Positions 17,976-29,800 of a stretch of 64,000 nucleotides of DNA are shown here, in pieces. A program made the translations under genes and the position numbers. This DNA comes from a virus. The stretch's first letter is position 1; each line of letters starts with the position of its first letter. The stretch covers positions 66,821 to 130,820 of the IMG/VR virus record IMGVR_UViG_3300035670_000040, one strand, 5' to 3'. The notes below the pieces were generated by a model, which was not told the origin of the DNA, did no database searches, and saw nothing but the letters and a program-made list of their open reading frames with translations.

Positions 17976-20900
17976 AACCAGTTTATTTTATTTAAGAATG
18001 TATTATAAGGTGATATTGTGTTTATATTATTTTTTATTGATTCTTCTATTAATTTTTTAATTCTATTGGATACTTTTAAATTGTGTATATTAATGTTGTA
18101 ATAATTAGTTTTACTACCTGGTAATTGATACTTAAAGAAGTGACTTATTTTTTCTACATAATTCCTTTCACCAACACTGATATTCCAATTTAAATTATTT
18201 CTGTTTATAGATTTATTATTAGAAAAATATAATTGTTCTATTTCTGATGAATTAAAACTTTTATTGTAAATTCTTAAATCAGAAACTTTTCCTATAAATT
18301 TATATCCATCTTCTATACCAACTAAATCATTTAAAGATGTATTTTTTACTGTTGTTGCTCCTAATAATAGAGGAGATAAATATTCATAATAAATTAAACT
18401 GTTTTTTGAAATGTTTTTCTCATTTACTTTTATAGAATCTATATAAAAAACAACTTTTCCAGCTACTCCATCAAAAACCAAAGAAAAATTATGCCATTTA
18501 GGTGGCAATTGTGAAACATCATAATCTAAAGTTAAATTTTGAAAATTTTCTTTTAAATGATCCGATGTTTTAAGATTCCAACTTAATTTTTTTTCAGATG
18601 GATTTAAATATTTTCTTATATAATCAAATCCCGTAAAATCACCCTTTGCTGAAAATTTCCAATAAGTTTCAAATCTTATACTTTCATCTTGTATATATGT
18701 TCGTAAATCGGTTCTTTTTATTAATTGTCCAGATGTTTGAAAGAAATATAATTTAAAATTAATTGTATCAACCACACAAATAACATCATATAGTTGTTTT
18801 TGTAACTCTTTGCAGTTATTGAAAAATTCAGAAGCAGATGTTCTTATTATACCTATATGTGAATATGGATATGATTCATCCGTCATTTCATTTGTATTAA
18901 CAAAATCATCCAGCAATTTTTTATTAACATCAAATGAATCGGTTGTTGTATTATACTTTATAAGTGTATTGTCTTTAGTTATAAACCAAAGATTATTTTC
19001 ACTATCACATGTTATACTCTGACATTTACCAACATGTGCTTTTATTTGTTTATCTTTGTAATAATTACTATTTCCTCCAACATAGTTTGTGCATAGGTAT
19101 AAATTCTCTCCAACTATTTCCCATAAATTATCATTATTATCTATTATTGAGATATTAGAATCACATTTTACAAGATTTCCATTTGATCTAAAATCTATTC
19201 TTGGTTTGTTTATTCCTTCTGTTAAAGATACAAATTTTCCTAAAGAATTTAATTTTAACATTAAATTCTCTTCAGAATCAAGTATAACTAAATTCATGTC
19301 TTTATCTAATAAAATTTGATTTATACTTGTTATGGATTTTTTAATATTACGGTTATCTGTGTTTAATATTTTTCCATTACTATCAATTCTATATGCAACA
19401 AAATTTGAAATATCTATTAACCAATAACTAAAATCAGGAAGTCTTAAAACCCATTCAAAAAAAGAATTTTTTGGATTAATAAATCCTTCGCCTGATAGTT
19501 GATATGAATCAGTAAGACCAGATCTATAATTAATAGCATAAGATCTTTTACCATTGTTTTCCACTATTGTTAAAAGAGGTGATATCTGACCATTATTGTT
19601 TATTAATCCCCAACCACCATTATAATAATTTCCAAAAATCTGCCATCCATATATGTTTGACCAGTCATCAACATTTAACCAAAGAGATACAGTCATTCTT
19701 TGTGTTTCTAATAAATCTGATGTTGATGGAAATATTATATGATTAGAACCATATAGACTATATGAAGTTTTATCAGGTTGTGTTGTGTTTCTATTTATTA
19801 CAATACCATTGTTGTTATATTTAGATGAGTCTGTAGCTTCGTTGGAAGTCCATGTATTAATGTGTAATGTTTTAGATCCATATTTTGTTTCTGATGTATA
19901 ATCTAAATAATTAATAAACTCTTGTGAGCTTTTTATACCTTGTCTAAAGTATTTGTATCTTGCACCAGGTTCCAGAATAAGACTAGATTCAACATCATAA
20001 ATATATGGTTTAGATGGATCTAATCTTTCGTTATATTTAAGATAACCGCTAGATAAAGCCTCGTTTGTTGTTAGATATGCAGAATTATAATATCTATCCA
20101 TCCATTTCTTTGAACCGTTTTGTGACCCTTTTAACCAAGAACAAAGCCATGTACCAGTTTCTCTAAAAAAAGAAATGGGTTGTGATATTTCTGGAAGTGT
20201 GTTTTTGTAATTTACAGATAGACCATAAATTCTATCAGAAGTCAAAGGATGTTCACCAGCTATTGAACCAGATTCTATTAAATTAGATGAACTTAAAGGA
20301 ACTCTTTGTGATGCAGGAGAATATTGAAACTCGGTTTCCCTGTCTGGTCTAAGAACTAATTTAGTACTATTTGACGTGTATCCTAAATAAATATCATCGT
20401 ATCCATTTTCTTGATTTGAACCACTGTATATCTGCCAATATATTCTCCTTATGTAAGGATTGTCTTCAGCAAAATATGGACCTTTCACATAATCATATTC
20501 GGGATTTTGATAATTTTTAAGACCATTATAATCAGCAATATAAACAGCTTCATCATCAATTATTATAGGATTTTCTGTTGGAAACATCAAAAGAAAATTC
20601 TGTAAAAATGGTTTATTAAAAATACTAGAATCCTTATAGAGAGAATCTATGGGGTCTATTGGTTTATTATTATATTCTACAATTTTACTATCAACAATAT
20701 AGTCTTCATTAGAATTAATTTTATTATAACAATCTAATTTGAAAATTATCTCATTAGGTATTCTAAAAAATTGATCTTTCAAAGAAACAGAAGACAATAC
20801 TAAATTATTATTAGAGTTTAATGACAAACATTTTGATGCATTTGATCCAGCTAAAAACAATACAATTTCTCCACTATTACTTAAAAAATATTCAAACCTT

Positions 20901-21418
20901 TGTTTGTTTATTGCTGGAGTTGCTTTTGTTGTAAAAAACGTAGAATTGTCTAATTCAGAATTGCATTGTAAAATTTGACCTGATTGATCTTCTATATATA
21001 ATAGGTCTTTATTTTCTTTGTCTATAACAAAATTTAAAAGATCAACATCAGACAATTTTTTTCTTTCGGTTTTATTTATAATTTTTATATCTTTTTTACC
21101 TATTTTTACATTTAATGGAGTTAAAACAAATCCATCTTTATTAGAAATTGTAGTTTTTATTTCAGTTAACTCTGTTGAATCTTCTGGTTTACTTTTATTT
21201 TTAAAAATTTCAGAAGAAGATAATAAATCAGTTAAAAATAAACTAGTTTTATTATTGTTTTTATAATCCATTCCTTCTAATAAGAAGGCATGACCGTTAA
21301 AAACCATTCCATTATTAAAATAATATTTCTGATATATTGTTTCATAATGATTTCCTTGTAGTTCAAATTTTAAAGGATACCAATAAAATGCAGATGCGTT
21401 GTTATATATAGTAATCAT
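17972..21418 (-). CDS. Large virion protein with LamG/ConA-like domain and beta-propeller
   Basis: MTVSLWL...WHNFSLVFDG...FYIDS...FIGKVSDLRIYNK...EIEQLY (LamG); DNNDNLW and DSENNLW propeller blades. Confidence 0.75.
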   Translation of the reverse strand: MITIYNNASAFYWYPLKFELQGNHYETIYQKYYFNNGMVFNGHAFLLEGMDYKNNNKTSLFLTDLLSSSEIFKNKSKPEDSTELTEIKTTISNKDGFVLTPLNVKIGKKDIKIINKTERKKLSDVDLLNFVIDKENKDLLYIEDQSGQILQCNSELDNSTFFTTKATPAINKQRFEYFLSNSGEIVLFLAGSNASKCLSLNSNNNLVLSSVSLKDQFFRIPNEIIFKLDCYNKINSNEDYIVDSKIVEYNNKPIDPIDSLYKDSSIFNKPFLQNFLLMFPTENPIIIDDEAVYIADYNGLKNYQNPEYDYVKGPYFAEDNPYIRRIYWQIYSGSNQENGYDDIYLGYTSNSTKLVLRPDRETEFQYSPASQRVPLSSSNLIESGSIAGEHPLTSDRIYGLSVNYKNTLPEISQPISFFRETGTWLCSWLKGSQNGSKKWMDRYYNSAYLTTNEALSSGYLKYNERLDPSKPYIYDVESSLILEPGARYKYFRQGIKSSQEFINYLDYTSETKYGSKTLHINTWTSNEATDSSKYNNNGIVINRNTTQPDKTSYSLYGSNHIIFPSTSDLLETQRMTVSLWLNVDDWSNIYGWQIFGNYYNGGWGLINNNGQISPLLTIVENNGKRSYAINYRSGLTDSYQLSGEGFINPKNSFFEWVLRLPDFSYWLIDISNFVAYRIDSNGKILNTDNRNIKKSITSINQILLDKDMNLVILDSEENLMLKLNSLGKFVSLTEGINKPRIDFRSNGNLVKCDSNISIIDNNDNLWEIVGENLYLCTNYVGGNSNYYKDKQIKAHVGKCQSITCDSENNLWFITKDNTLIKYNTTTDSFDVNKKLLDDFVNTNEMTDESYPYSHIGIIRTSASEFFNNCKELQKQLYDVICVVDTINFKLYFFQTSGQLIKRTDLRTYIQDESIRFETYWKFSAKGDFTGFDYIRKYLNPSEKKLSWNLKTSDHLKENFQNLTLDYDVSQLPPKWHNFSLVFDGVAGKVVFYIDSIKVNEKNISKNSLIYYEYLSPLLLGATTVKNTSLNDLVGIEDGYKFIGKVSDLRIYNKSFNSSEIEQLYFSNNKSINRNNLNWNISVGERNYVEKISHFFKYQLPGSKTNYYNINIHNLKVSNRIKKLIEESIKNNINTISPYNTFLNKINWL

Positions 21419-22200
21419 TATAAATCTAAATCTATTGTTAATTTTTTCTGAATAATGGATTCATAGTCAACATCTGTTGTATCTTGGAATGGAAAAAATG
21501 CATTTATTGAATTAACATTCAAATTTTGGTCTTTAAGTACATTTATACTAACAAGACCAAATTCATTATTTGGTCCTCTGCATATATGTGATATATTAAA
21601 TGTTTTAGTAAATCTATTATATGACAACTTTAAAGGTTCAACAATAGGTAATATTTTGTAAAAATTCTTAATATTAAAATTAAAAAACACTTTAAAATAA
21701 TATTTTACATCTAAAACAGAAGAGTTCATATCAAACTCTTCTATTATATATCCAAGTTTTAATCCATTTAAATTTTCATATTCTTCTATCTTATTGGTTA
21801 CTATATATATTTTTTTATTATTTTCATCAAAATAATAATCAGGAAAGGTTAATCTTTTTGAAAGTAAAGACGTAGTAAAATTATTGTCTTGATTTCTTGG
21901 TAAAATTTTATTATTTTCTACTACTATTTGATCAAATATATTTCCTCTAGGTGTTTCAACAAATAAAACATCTTGAATCATATCAAATCTTAAAAAGAAA
22001 TTTCCTTCCATTAAATCCTGATAAATAGTTCTTCCAGAAGAATCTTGTTCTGATAGTTCTGATGAAACATTTTTATATTTTAAAAACACTTCAGACAAAG
22101 CTTCTTGTGCAGGAACTATTGAATTATTAGGTGTTCTGACCCATAATTCTCCTTCCTGTCTATTTTTTTCGTAAAAAGTTAATGAAAAATATTTTCCCAT
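21418..22200 (-). CDS. Hypothetical structural protein
   Basis: 260-aa ORF coupled within the baseplate block. Confidence 0.7.
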   Translation of the reverse strand: MGKYFSLTFYEKNRQEGELWVRTPNNSIVPAQEALSEVFLKYKNVSSELSEQDSSGRTIYQDLMEGNFFLRFDMIQDVLFVETPRGNIFDQIVVENNKILPRNQDNNFTTSLLSKRLTFPDYYFDENNKKIYIVTNKIEEYENLNGLKLGYIIEEFDMNSSVLDVKYYFKVFFNFNIKNFYKILPIVEPLKLSYNRFTKTFNISHICRGPNNEFGLVSINVLKDQNLNVNSINAFFPFQDTTDVDYESIIQKKLTIDLDL

Positions 22201-22201
22201 T

Positions 22202-22831
22202 TTAGATATTTAGTTCATAAGTGTTATAATCCTCTAAAGGAATAGGTGATTCTTCTCCTACTTTTGTTCTCCAATCTGTTATTACTGGAAAAATCCAAGA
22301 AGGATCTTTTCCTTCAAAAATATATAATATCTTATTATCAGGCCCAAATATCTTAGAATTAATAAGATGAAAATGTTTAAAAAAACCAGTTTTAGAACCA
22401 TCAAGTTTTGGTGCTGTTAATAAAATTCTAAATTTATAAGTTAATGGATTTTTTACACCAAACATATAAATTTTAACATTACCATTTATAACACTTTTAA
22501 ACGTATCTGTTAAATTATATATGTGATTTTTAGAAAAATTTCTAGGATCTCCTTTTTCTTTTTCTAATGGATATGATAAAGAAGAAGAAGAATTGAAGGA
22601 AGAAGGTTGTATTTTTTGTGTTTCAATATTTCCATCACCCCAATCATAAACTATTTTATAAATTTTTGATTCAAATTTAAATTGACCTTGACCAGTTTCT
22701 GACTCTTGATTAGAGAGAGGTCTTGCATTAAATGGATTTACAGTGAAATTAAGAGGAGCAAATTGTGTTATTACGGCTGTTTTATCAGAACTTAATAAGT
22801 CGAATGTTGTTTCGTAAAATTTTAAATTCAT
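22202..22831 (-). CDS. PKD-like domain structural protein
   Basis: KIVYDWGDG...HIY PKD signature. Confidence 0.6.
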   Translation of the reverse strand: MNLKFYETTFDLLSSDKTAVITQFAPLNFTVNPFNARPLSNQESETGQGQFKFESKIYKIVYDWGDGNIETQKIQPSSFNSSSSLSYPLEKEKGDPRNFSKNHIYNLTDTFKSVINGNVKIYMFGVKNPLTYKFRILLTAPKLDGSKTGFFKHFHLINSKIFGPDNKILYIFEGKDPSWIFPVITDWRTKVGEESPIPLEDYNTYELNI

Positions 22832-22835
22832 AATA

Positions 22836-24968
22836 TTATCCTAAAGGTGTTTTAATGTTTGAACAACAAATACTTGTTGCCTCTTCCCATGTTTTAGTTT
22901 GAACATAGTTTGTTGGAAATTTACTTTCAAGTTCTTTAAAAGAAATTGGATTTATATTACAAAGTCTTATAACTGGTTTTTTTATATTATATGTTGACAT
23001 GGCTTTCCAAGACCAGCAAAAAGGAGATTTACATTTTTCTAAATTTCTTCCAACATCACTTTCTGTAGATATAACTTCTACATCTAAAAATTTTTTAAGT
23101 GCTAATAAAGCATCATAAATTTTTTGAAGTTCTTTATTTATAACAGATGGTGTATGAAGTTCATTTACACCTACAGCTATTTGATTATTTTCTATTTCTG
23201 TACCTAAATTTGGTCTTGTACTAGCTTTTATTGGATATGTTCTAAAATAAGAAATTTCCCCTGCTGGAGTAAATTCTTTTGTTAGTTCTAATTTTGATTC
23301 TAGTGAGTTTCTAAAATTTATGATATTTTGACATAATCTAGATAAAGATCTATTTAAAACAATGTCTTGAACCATTTCGTCGTTTTTAATTAAAATTTGA
23401 TTCAAGCTCCAATAATTTATATCTAGTCCTTCGCCTGTTTTTAAAATATCAGTGATTTCTTGACATTTTATAATTGCATTATTATGAGCTAATAGAATAT
23501 TTCTATTTTTCCCTTTTTTTCCTGTAACATATTTAGCATTAGGAATTTCTAAAAAATCCATGTATAAACCAAGTGCTGTATATTTAAAAACTGCACTAAA
23601 TTTTTCTGTGGTAGAATTTTCCGTTATTATGTAAAAAAATTCACCAGCTTCATCAAAAAATATTTTTTTTGGTATTAAATTTTGTATATTTTGTATACTA
23701 AAAATTGATGGAGAACTTTTGGATTTGTGACGATATACATATACATTTTTTTCTGTTAAAACGTATAAAAATCTTGTAATAGGATGAACTGCTATTGAAA
23801 TTGGAATATCTGTTTTAAAAATAGCAGGATTACAGGTGTAAATCCATTCTAAATTTTCACTGTATACCTTCACACATTGATTATTATAATCCAAAACATA
23901 AACCATTTTATTATTATAAATTAATTGTGTGGGGTTATTAAATGTGAAAGGATCGGTTTCATCTCCATATGTTCCTATATTTAAAGTAAATGATAATATA
24001 GGATTATAAGATTCGTATAAACTATTAGTAGAATCAAAATCCATATCTATTCTATATACTTTATTTTGAACTTGATCCAATAAATAAATCATTTTACCAT
24101 TATCACTCACATCAAATGAAATTATTTCTGTTAAAGTGTTGGTAATCTCATCTTGATTATCAAAGTTTATTCTTTTTAATTTATTAGAATTTTTAAAAAT
24201 TCTAAATCCTTTATCATCTAAAACAAATATTAAAGAATTTGTCTCTGCTATATCTTTTATATTTATAAATCCATTATATTGTTTACCCAAAGCATTTATA
24301 ATACTTCTACCAGTATATTTATCTGGATCTGAATATGCTTCTATACTATATTTATAATCCAAAGTTTGCCATGATATACCCGATGACAAAGTAGAAGCAT
24401 TTAATCCTAACCATCCATAATATAATGAGGGAGTTTTTGTATTTAAAATTCTTGTATTATATTTTAAATACTCTAAACATTCGTATAGTTTTTTTAAAAA
24501 ATTATTATATATGGAGCTTACTCCAAATTCATTAGGATTTATTTTTATCTCATCAAAGGTATAAGGAAGTTGTAATATATTTTCACCCAAAAGTCTTATA
24601 TTTTCTTGATTAAATTTAGGCCATTCTTTATATACACGAATAGGGGTTTCTAAATAATAAATTTTTTTAGTATCATTAACATATGTTACTTCGTAACTTA
24701 TATAATAAGTGCCTTGTTCAAGATATTTATATGTAACATTGTCTAAAATAGGAGTATTTGGATCAAGATCTAATATTACTTTGCTTGAAACAACTTGTTC
24801 TATATTTTCACCAGTAAATAATTCAATTGTTTTTATATTATTTAATGGATCAATATTTGTAGGTACTTCAAATTTAAAAAATATGGATTGTCCAACTATT
24901 GTATAATATGATGATATATACAATTTTGGTTGAGAAGAATTTGAACCTGTGTTAAGAGTGTACGCCAT
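22836..24968 (-). CDS. NHL beta-propeller virion protein
   Basis: IYLLDQVQNKVYR, FNNPTQL...VYVLDYNNQCVKVY, PISIAV; Ig/PKD-like N-terminus; Cys-containing C-terminus. Confidence 0.75.
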   Translation of the reverse strand: MAYTLNTGSNSSQPKLYISSYYTIVGQSIFFKFEVPTNIDPLNNIKTIELFTGENIEQVVSSKVILDLDPNTPILDNVTYKYLEQGTYYISYEVTYVNDTKKIYYLETPIRVYKEWPKFNQENIRLLGENILQLPYTFDEIKINPNEFGVSSIYNNFLKKLYECLEYLKYNTRILNTKTPSLYYGWLGLNASTLSSGISWQTLDYKYSIEAYSDPDKYTGRSIINALGKQYNGFINIKDIAETNSLIFVLDDKGFRIFKNSNKLKRINFDNQDEITNTLTEIISFDVSDNGKMIYLLDQVQNKVYRIDMDFDSTNSLYESYNPILSFTLNIGTYGDETDPFTFNNPTQLIYNNKMVYVLDYNNQCVKVYSENLEWIYTCNPAIFKTDIPISIAVHPITRFLYVLTEKNVYVYRHKSKSSPSIFSIQNIQNLIPKKIFFDEAGEFFYIITENSTTEKFSAVFKYTALGLYMDFLEIPNAKYVTGKKGKNRNILLAHNNAIIKCQEITDILKTGEGLDINYWSLNQILIKNDEMVQDIVLNRSLSRLCQNIINFRNSLESKLELTKEFTPAGEISYFRTYPIKASTRPNLGTEIENNQIAVGVNELHTPSVINKELQKIYDALLALKKFLDVEVISTESDVGRNLEKCKSPFCWSWKAMSTYNIKKPVIRLCNINPISFKELESKFPTNYVQTKTWEEATSICCSNIKTPLG

Positions 24969-24997
24969 TTAATATACTATTTATAATTACTGTAAAA

Positions 24998-26842
24998 TTA
25001 TAAATAAAGAGGCATTTTATATATAGTTCCATTAACTTCAATATCTATCCAAGAAACGGGAGTTGTTATATCAATTGGAGCAGTCGATTCAAATTTATAT
25101 TTTAATTTTCCTTCTATTTCGATATCACCTGATGCAGAAATTTGATTAACAAATGCATTTTGTGTTGTTATATTATCTGATATTATACTTGAAGCAAAAA
25201 ACTCTGGAACATTAGCAGAAAGACCATCTAAAATATTTAAGTTTTTAATTGTAGTTATGGCACTACTATTTCCTATAAAAGTATTTGTGGTTGATAATGA
25301 ATCTGTGTTTATATAAACGGAATTACCTTTAATGTATAGCTCATTATTACCATTACCTATAAACAAATGACCGGAATAGTCTTCATTATTTATATATGTA
25401 TTTTTCTCTACACCATCATTTTGATTATTAATTTGTAAAATAACACCATTTATTTTTGTTGAGGTTTGATCCCCACCTAAATTTATATTTCCACCAGATA
25501 ATGTTGTAATATTAATATCATTAGTAGAATTCAAATTTAAATTAGAACTTTTTATATTAAATAAAAAGTTATCATTTCCTAAATTTATTATATCATCGAT
25601 TAAATTTATATTTTGAGCTTCGACTAATTGTAATACCTTATATTGAAAACTTGTTATTTGTGGATTTAAACTGTTTACATTTAATCCACTAAAAACAACT
25701 GTATTATTAAACAAAATGTCATCTATAGTACCTGTTAATGATTCATAATCAGTAAAATTAATATATATATAATCACTGGTTAATAAAGAATTTACAGAAA
25801 AAATGTTTGAATTTATTTCAGTTTTATTTAAATTATTTCCTATATATACAATACCTGTGTTATCATTTGTATTGATATATGTATTATCAATACCACCAGA
25901 ATTTATATTTATAGCACCATCAATATAGTTAACACCACTTACCAAGTTTGTTCCTAAAATAACATTAGTAGAATTTTCATTTCCTATTGAAATACTGTAT
26001 AAATCTGTAGGATTTGTATTTAAAGAAATATTTCCAGATGATGAAATTTCTTTTGTAAAAAGATATCCATTTATAAAAACATCTGAATCAGAATTACCAA
26101 TTACAGTACTAACACCTGAATATAATGTATTTAAAGTTATGTTACCATTTATATCAATGTTTGAAGAAGAATTTCCAAAATTAATTAATGAATAATCATT
26201 AACACCTAAATTAACAAAATTATTAACGTATAAATAATTGGTTTTTAAATCATTCGAACTAGCTGTTTCTATAATTGAACTTGGAGAATATATTATAGAA
26301 TTGGAACTTATGTTTCCATTTACAGTTAATGATTCATTTGGTGTTAATGTTTTTATTCCAACATTTCCAGCCCTAACAGATTCACCATCAATGTGCAAAG
26401 ATATGTTTGTTCCATCATAAAACTGAGCTATAGGGAAATCTAAAGTTTGCTCTACTTTTAAAAGAACACCTGAAGCACCACTTAAAAACATTGAAGATGT
26501 TTTTATAACATCTGTATTAATGGATGTAATACCACTTAATGCACTTAAAGAACCATTTATTAACACATTTCCATCAACATAAAGTTTGTGTCCAGTGTTT
26601 TCAAATATTTGACCAACGTTTAAAAAATTCTGAATAATAGCCGAATTAACTACATTCAAAGTGTTTATAGAAGATTCTTGGTTTTCAAAATCAACATAGT
26701 TGAAAATTTCTTTTAAGGTAGTTGCTCTTGTTTCGAAACCTTCGTTTTCGTCTCCTATTACAACCGGAAAAAGATTACTCGATATAAGAGGTTGAACGGT
26801 TTGATCTAAATGTCTAATTTCTATTGGTAAAAAATCACTCAT
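24998..26842 (-). CDS. Tail fibre protein
   Basis: IEIRHL N-terminal motif, GNVGIKTLTPNESLTVNGNIS shaft, IGN repeats, C-terminal WIDIEVNGTIYKMPLY. Confidence 0.75.
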   Translation of the reverse strand: MSDFLPIEIRHLDQTVQPLISSNLFPVVIGDENEGFETRATTLKEIFNYVDFENQESSINTLNVVNSAIIQNFLNVGQIFENTGHKLYVDGNVLINGSLSALSGITSINTDVIKTSSMFLSGASGVLLKVEQTLDFPIAQFYDGTNISLHIDGESVRAGNVGIKTLTPNESLTVNGNISSNSIIYSPSSIIETASSNDLKTNYLYVNNFVNLGVNDYSLINFGNSSSNIDINGNITLNTLYSGVSTVIGNSDSDVFINGYLFTKEISSSGNISLNTNPTDLYSISIGNENSTNVILGTNLVSGVNYIDGAININSGGIDNTYINTNDNTGIVYIGNNLNKTEINSNIFSVNSLLTSDYIYINFTDYESLTGTIDDILFNNTVVFSGLNVNSLNPQITSFQYKVLQLVEAQNINLIDDIINLGNDNFLFNIKSSNLNLNSTNDINITTLSGGNINLGGDQTSTKINGVILQINNQNDGVEKNTYINNEDYSGHLFIGNGNNELYIKGNSVYINTDSLSTTNTFIGNSSAITTIKNLNILDGLSANVPEFFASSIISDNITTQNAFVNQISASGDIEIEGKLKYKFESTAPIDITTPVSWIDIEVNGTIYKMPLYL

Positions 26843-29800
26843 ATTGTAAGCAGATAATTATTGTGTGTTGATATTGCATTATAGGTTGAAATGGTTTCGG
26901 TTTCTGATGTAATTGTATTTATCTTGGAAATAAGAATTTCATATACTGGTTTATCTTCATTCCCTATTGCTATTTGATAAACACTACCCCATAAATCTCT
27001 TTCACCAGTATATTCGGAAGAGCTATAGTTACTAAATGTATAAGGAGTAATTTTTGTTGAAACCAAAGCAGATGCTGTTAATACTAAAGTACCCACTTCA
27101 TAATCATTTATGGTTAATGGTACAAAAGCATCACCAACATTTAAATTAAATAAATCTATATATTCATTTGATGTTGCTGGAACCACAGTAGAAACAGTCC
27201 AATATAATGAACTTAATTCATAAACAACACTCGATTCATTGAATTGTATTAGATTAGGAGCATTTACAGGATCAACTTCTATTATTTGTTTTACTCTTAA
27301 TGTTCTTTTTTGATCCAAATCGAAGTTAGAAACTTCTGGATAAAATCTAAACTTAACAGGTTCATAATCATAAAGTCTAGGATTATAGTTTGCATAATTT
27401 CCTGTAACAAAACCTTCGTCATCATATTCTCTTAAATGGGTTTTAGCTGTTATTGGGTAGTTAAAAACACTTATTTCTGTTGAACTTAATTCATTTAATC
27501 CATAATACGAAACACCACCAGTTGATGGAAAAAATCTATTAAAAGCTGTAACATAAACAGTCATACCCCCCTCAGTATACATATCAGGATAGCAAGGTAT
27601 TTTAAAATCTTTTATTTTTATATCATTTGCATCTAAAGAATATTGATCAGGAGTTTCTATGATTTGTTCATCTAAAAAAACTTGTTCTTCATTTCCTACA
27701 GAAAATAAAATTTGAATAGGATCAGTTGGTTCTATATCTAAGTTTTGTGTATCGGTAATAATAATTCCAAATTCTTGGCATGACAATCTATTACCATATG
27801 TTTTTCCTGTTAAAAAATATTGATACGTAGTATCATATCCATCTAAAACAGTAACAAATTTTTCAGTCTTTTTTGACCATGCTTCTCCTAAAGTATTATA
27901 CCTCCACTTGGGAATCCATATATGTTTAGGTATTACAAAAATATCAGGATATGTTGTAAATTCTGATTCAGATGTAATAACTATCTTTCCTTTTGTTTCA
28001 AAATCATAAAGATTGTTCCAATTTAAAATTGAAACATTCTCCGCTTTCAATGTTACATCTGTTTCAAAATATGCTTCTTTTTGTATATATTGTTCTAATA
28101 ATGTATATTCAAAAGATGTTGTTTTGTTTGTTGTTGTATAAAAATCTAATAAATTTGAATTTGATACTATATTTACAGAGCTAAAATCAGTTACAGTTGT
28201 TTGATCATCGGAAATTAAAATATTTTGACCAGACAACCAAAAGTCGGCTATATATAAAATATATTCAGAAGTAAACAAATCTCCATCAATTATTTCATCA
28301 ACATTTATAGATGATGTATATAAATTGTATTTGTATAAATTATTTATTTCTTGTAAAAATGAATAATCACTCTCTTGAAAGAAAGCTGATGTATAAAAAG
28401 ATGTACTGGTTACAAATAAAGAGGTAGCTAATGGTGTTAAATTTTCTATAGAAGAAATTGATATTAATGTTGATGTAAGTGCTGTTAATCTATCAAAACT
28501 CAAATATGAACAAAGTAAATTTACATCTGTTTGTGTTAAAATAGTTGAAGTTAATCCGTTTATATACTCAAGATTTTTATATGTATTTTCTTCATAGTAA
28601 TATGAATTTAAATCTTTAAAAATTACGGAATTATAAGATCCACTTGAATCAGGTGTTAATGTTCGCGTTTCATTTATATAATAATAGGAATTTAAAGCAG
28701 AAATTGGTGAAATTTTTGTTTCAAATATCCACTTCAAAGATGAGATAGAAGTATTTAATGAATTTAAACCTAAAGCATTAAATGCAAAATAATTTGTTCC
28801 ATTTGGTGGTCTTGTGAAGGAATTTAAATTATCATTTGTATTTAATATGGAAACAGTTTCAAAATTTGGATAATATACTGAAAAATTTGTACCGAAAATT
28901 ATAGGATTTGGATATGTGTTTAGTTGAATTGTTTTATTACCATTAAAAATTTCACCTAAATCATATAATTCAACAGAAACATTAAAAGGTATTGTTTCTT
29001 CTGTTAGTGTATAATCAGTTTCTACTAAAAAATAAATACTGCTTATTAAATCTGAATAAGATGTTGTATTTTCTTCATATATAGAAAAATTAAAAACTTC
29101 GTTTAGACTAAAAAATTCTTCTAAACTATTAATTGTTAGTTCTGGAGGAACTATAAAAGCTGTTACAGGAGTAATATCTTCTATATTATTATATGACCAT
29201 TTCCAAAAAAGATTTCCTCCAGAGTTAATATCATAAGTTTTATTTAAAATAGGAACCTTACAATCGACTTTTAATAATTTTATTTTATTATTAAGATCTA
29301 TTTCATTATGATCTATGAATATGTTATTTTCAGAATATAGATAAAAATAATCAGGAGAAATTATTATTGAATTTATAGTTTGATATAAAATAGATGATAA
29401 AGTAACAACAAATTCTTTATTTGATACACCTGTTATTTCTATTTGATTTGTATAGTCGAATGAATAAGGTTCATTTTTATTTAAAAGAGAAAAAGGACCA
29501 AAATCAACAGGAGTTACGTTTTTTATTACAAAATCACTTGTATTTTCACCTTGTATATTCCAAACTATTTCACTATTTCTAAGATCCAAACCAAATGCAG
29601 AATTTTCACTAGTCAATTGTGCTATAGACAAAGTTACACTAGAAATGTTTTGATTTAAAACCGTTATAGTGGGAGGTAAAACTGAATTTCTTACAAAATA
29701 ATCGCTACCAATAGTAAAGGTTGTTGACCAATAAGCATCAAAATTTCCTACTTTTGTTGAAATTGATGGTTTTATTGTTAGACTAGTCCCACCAAAATCC

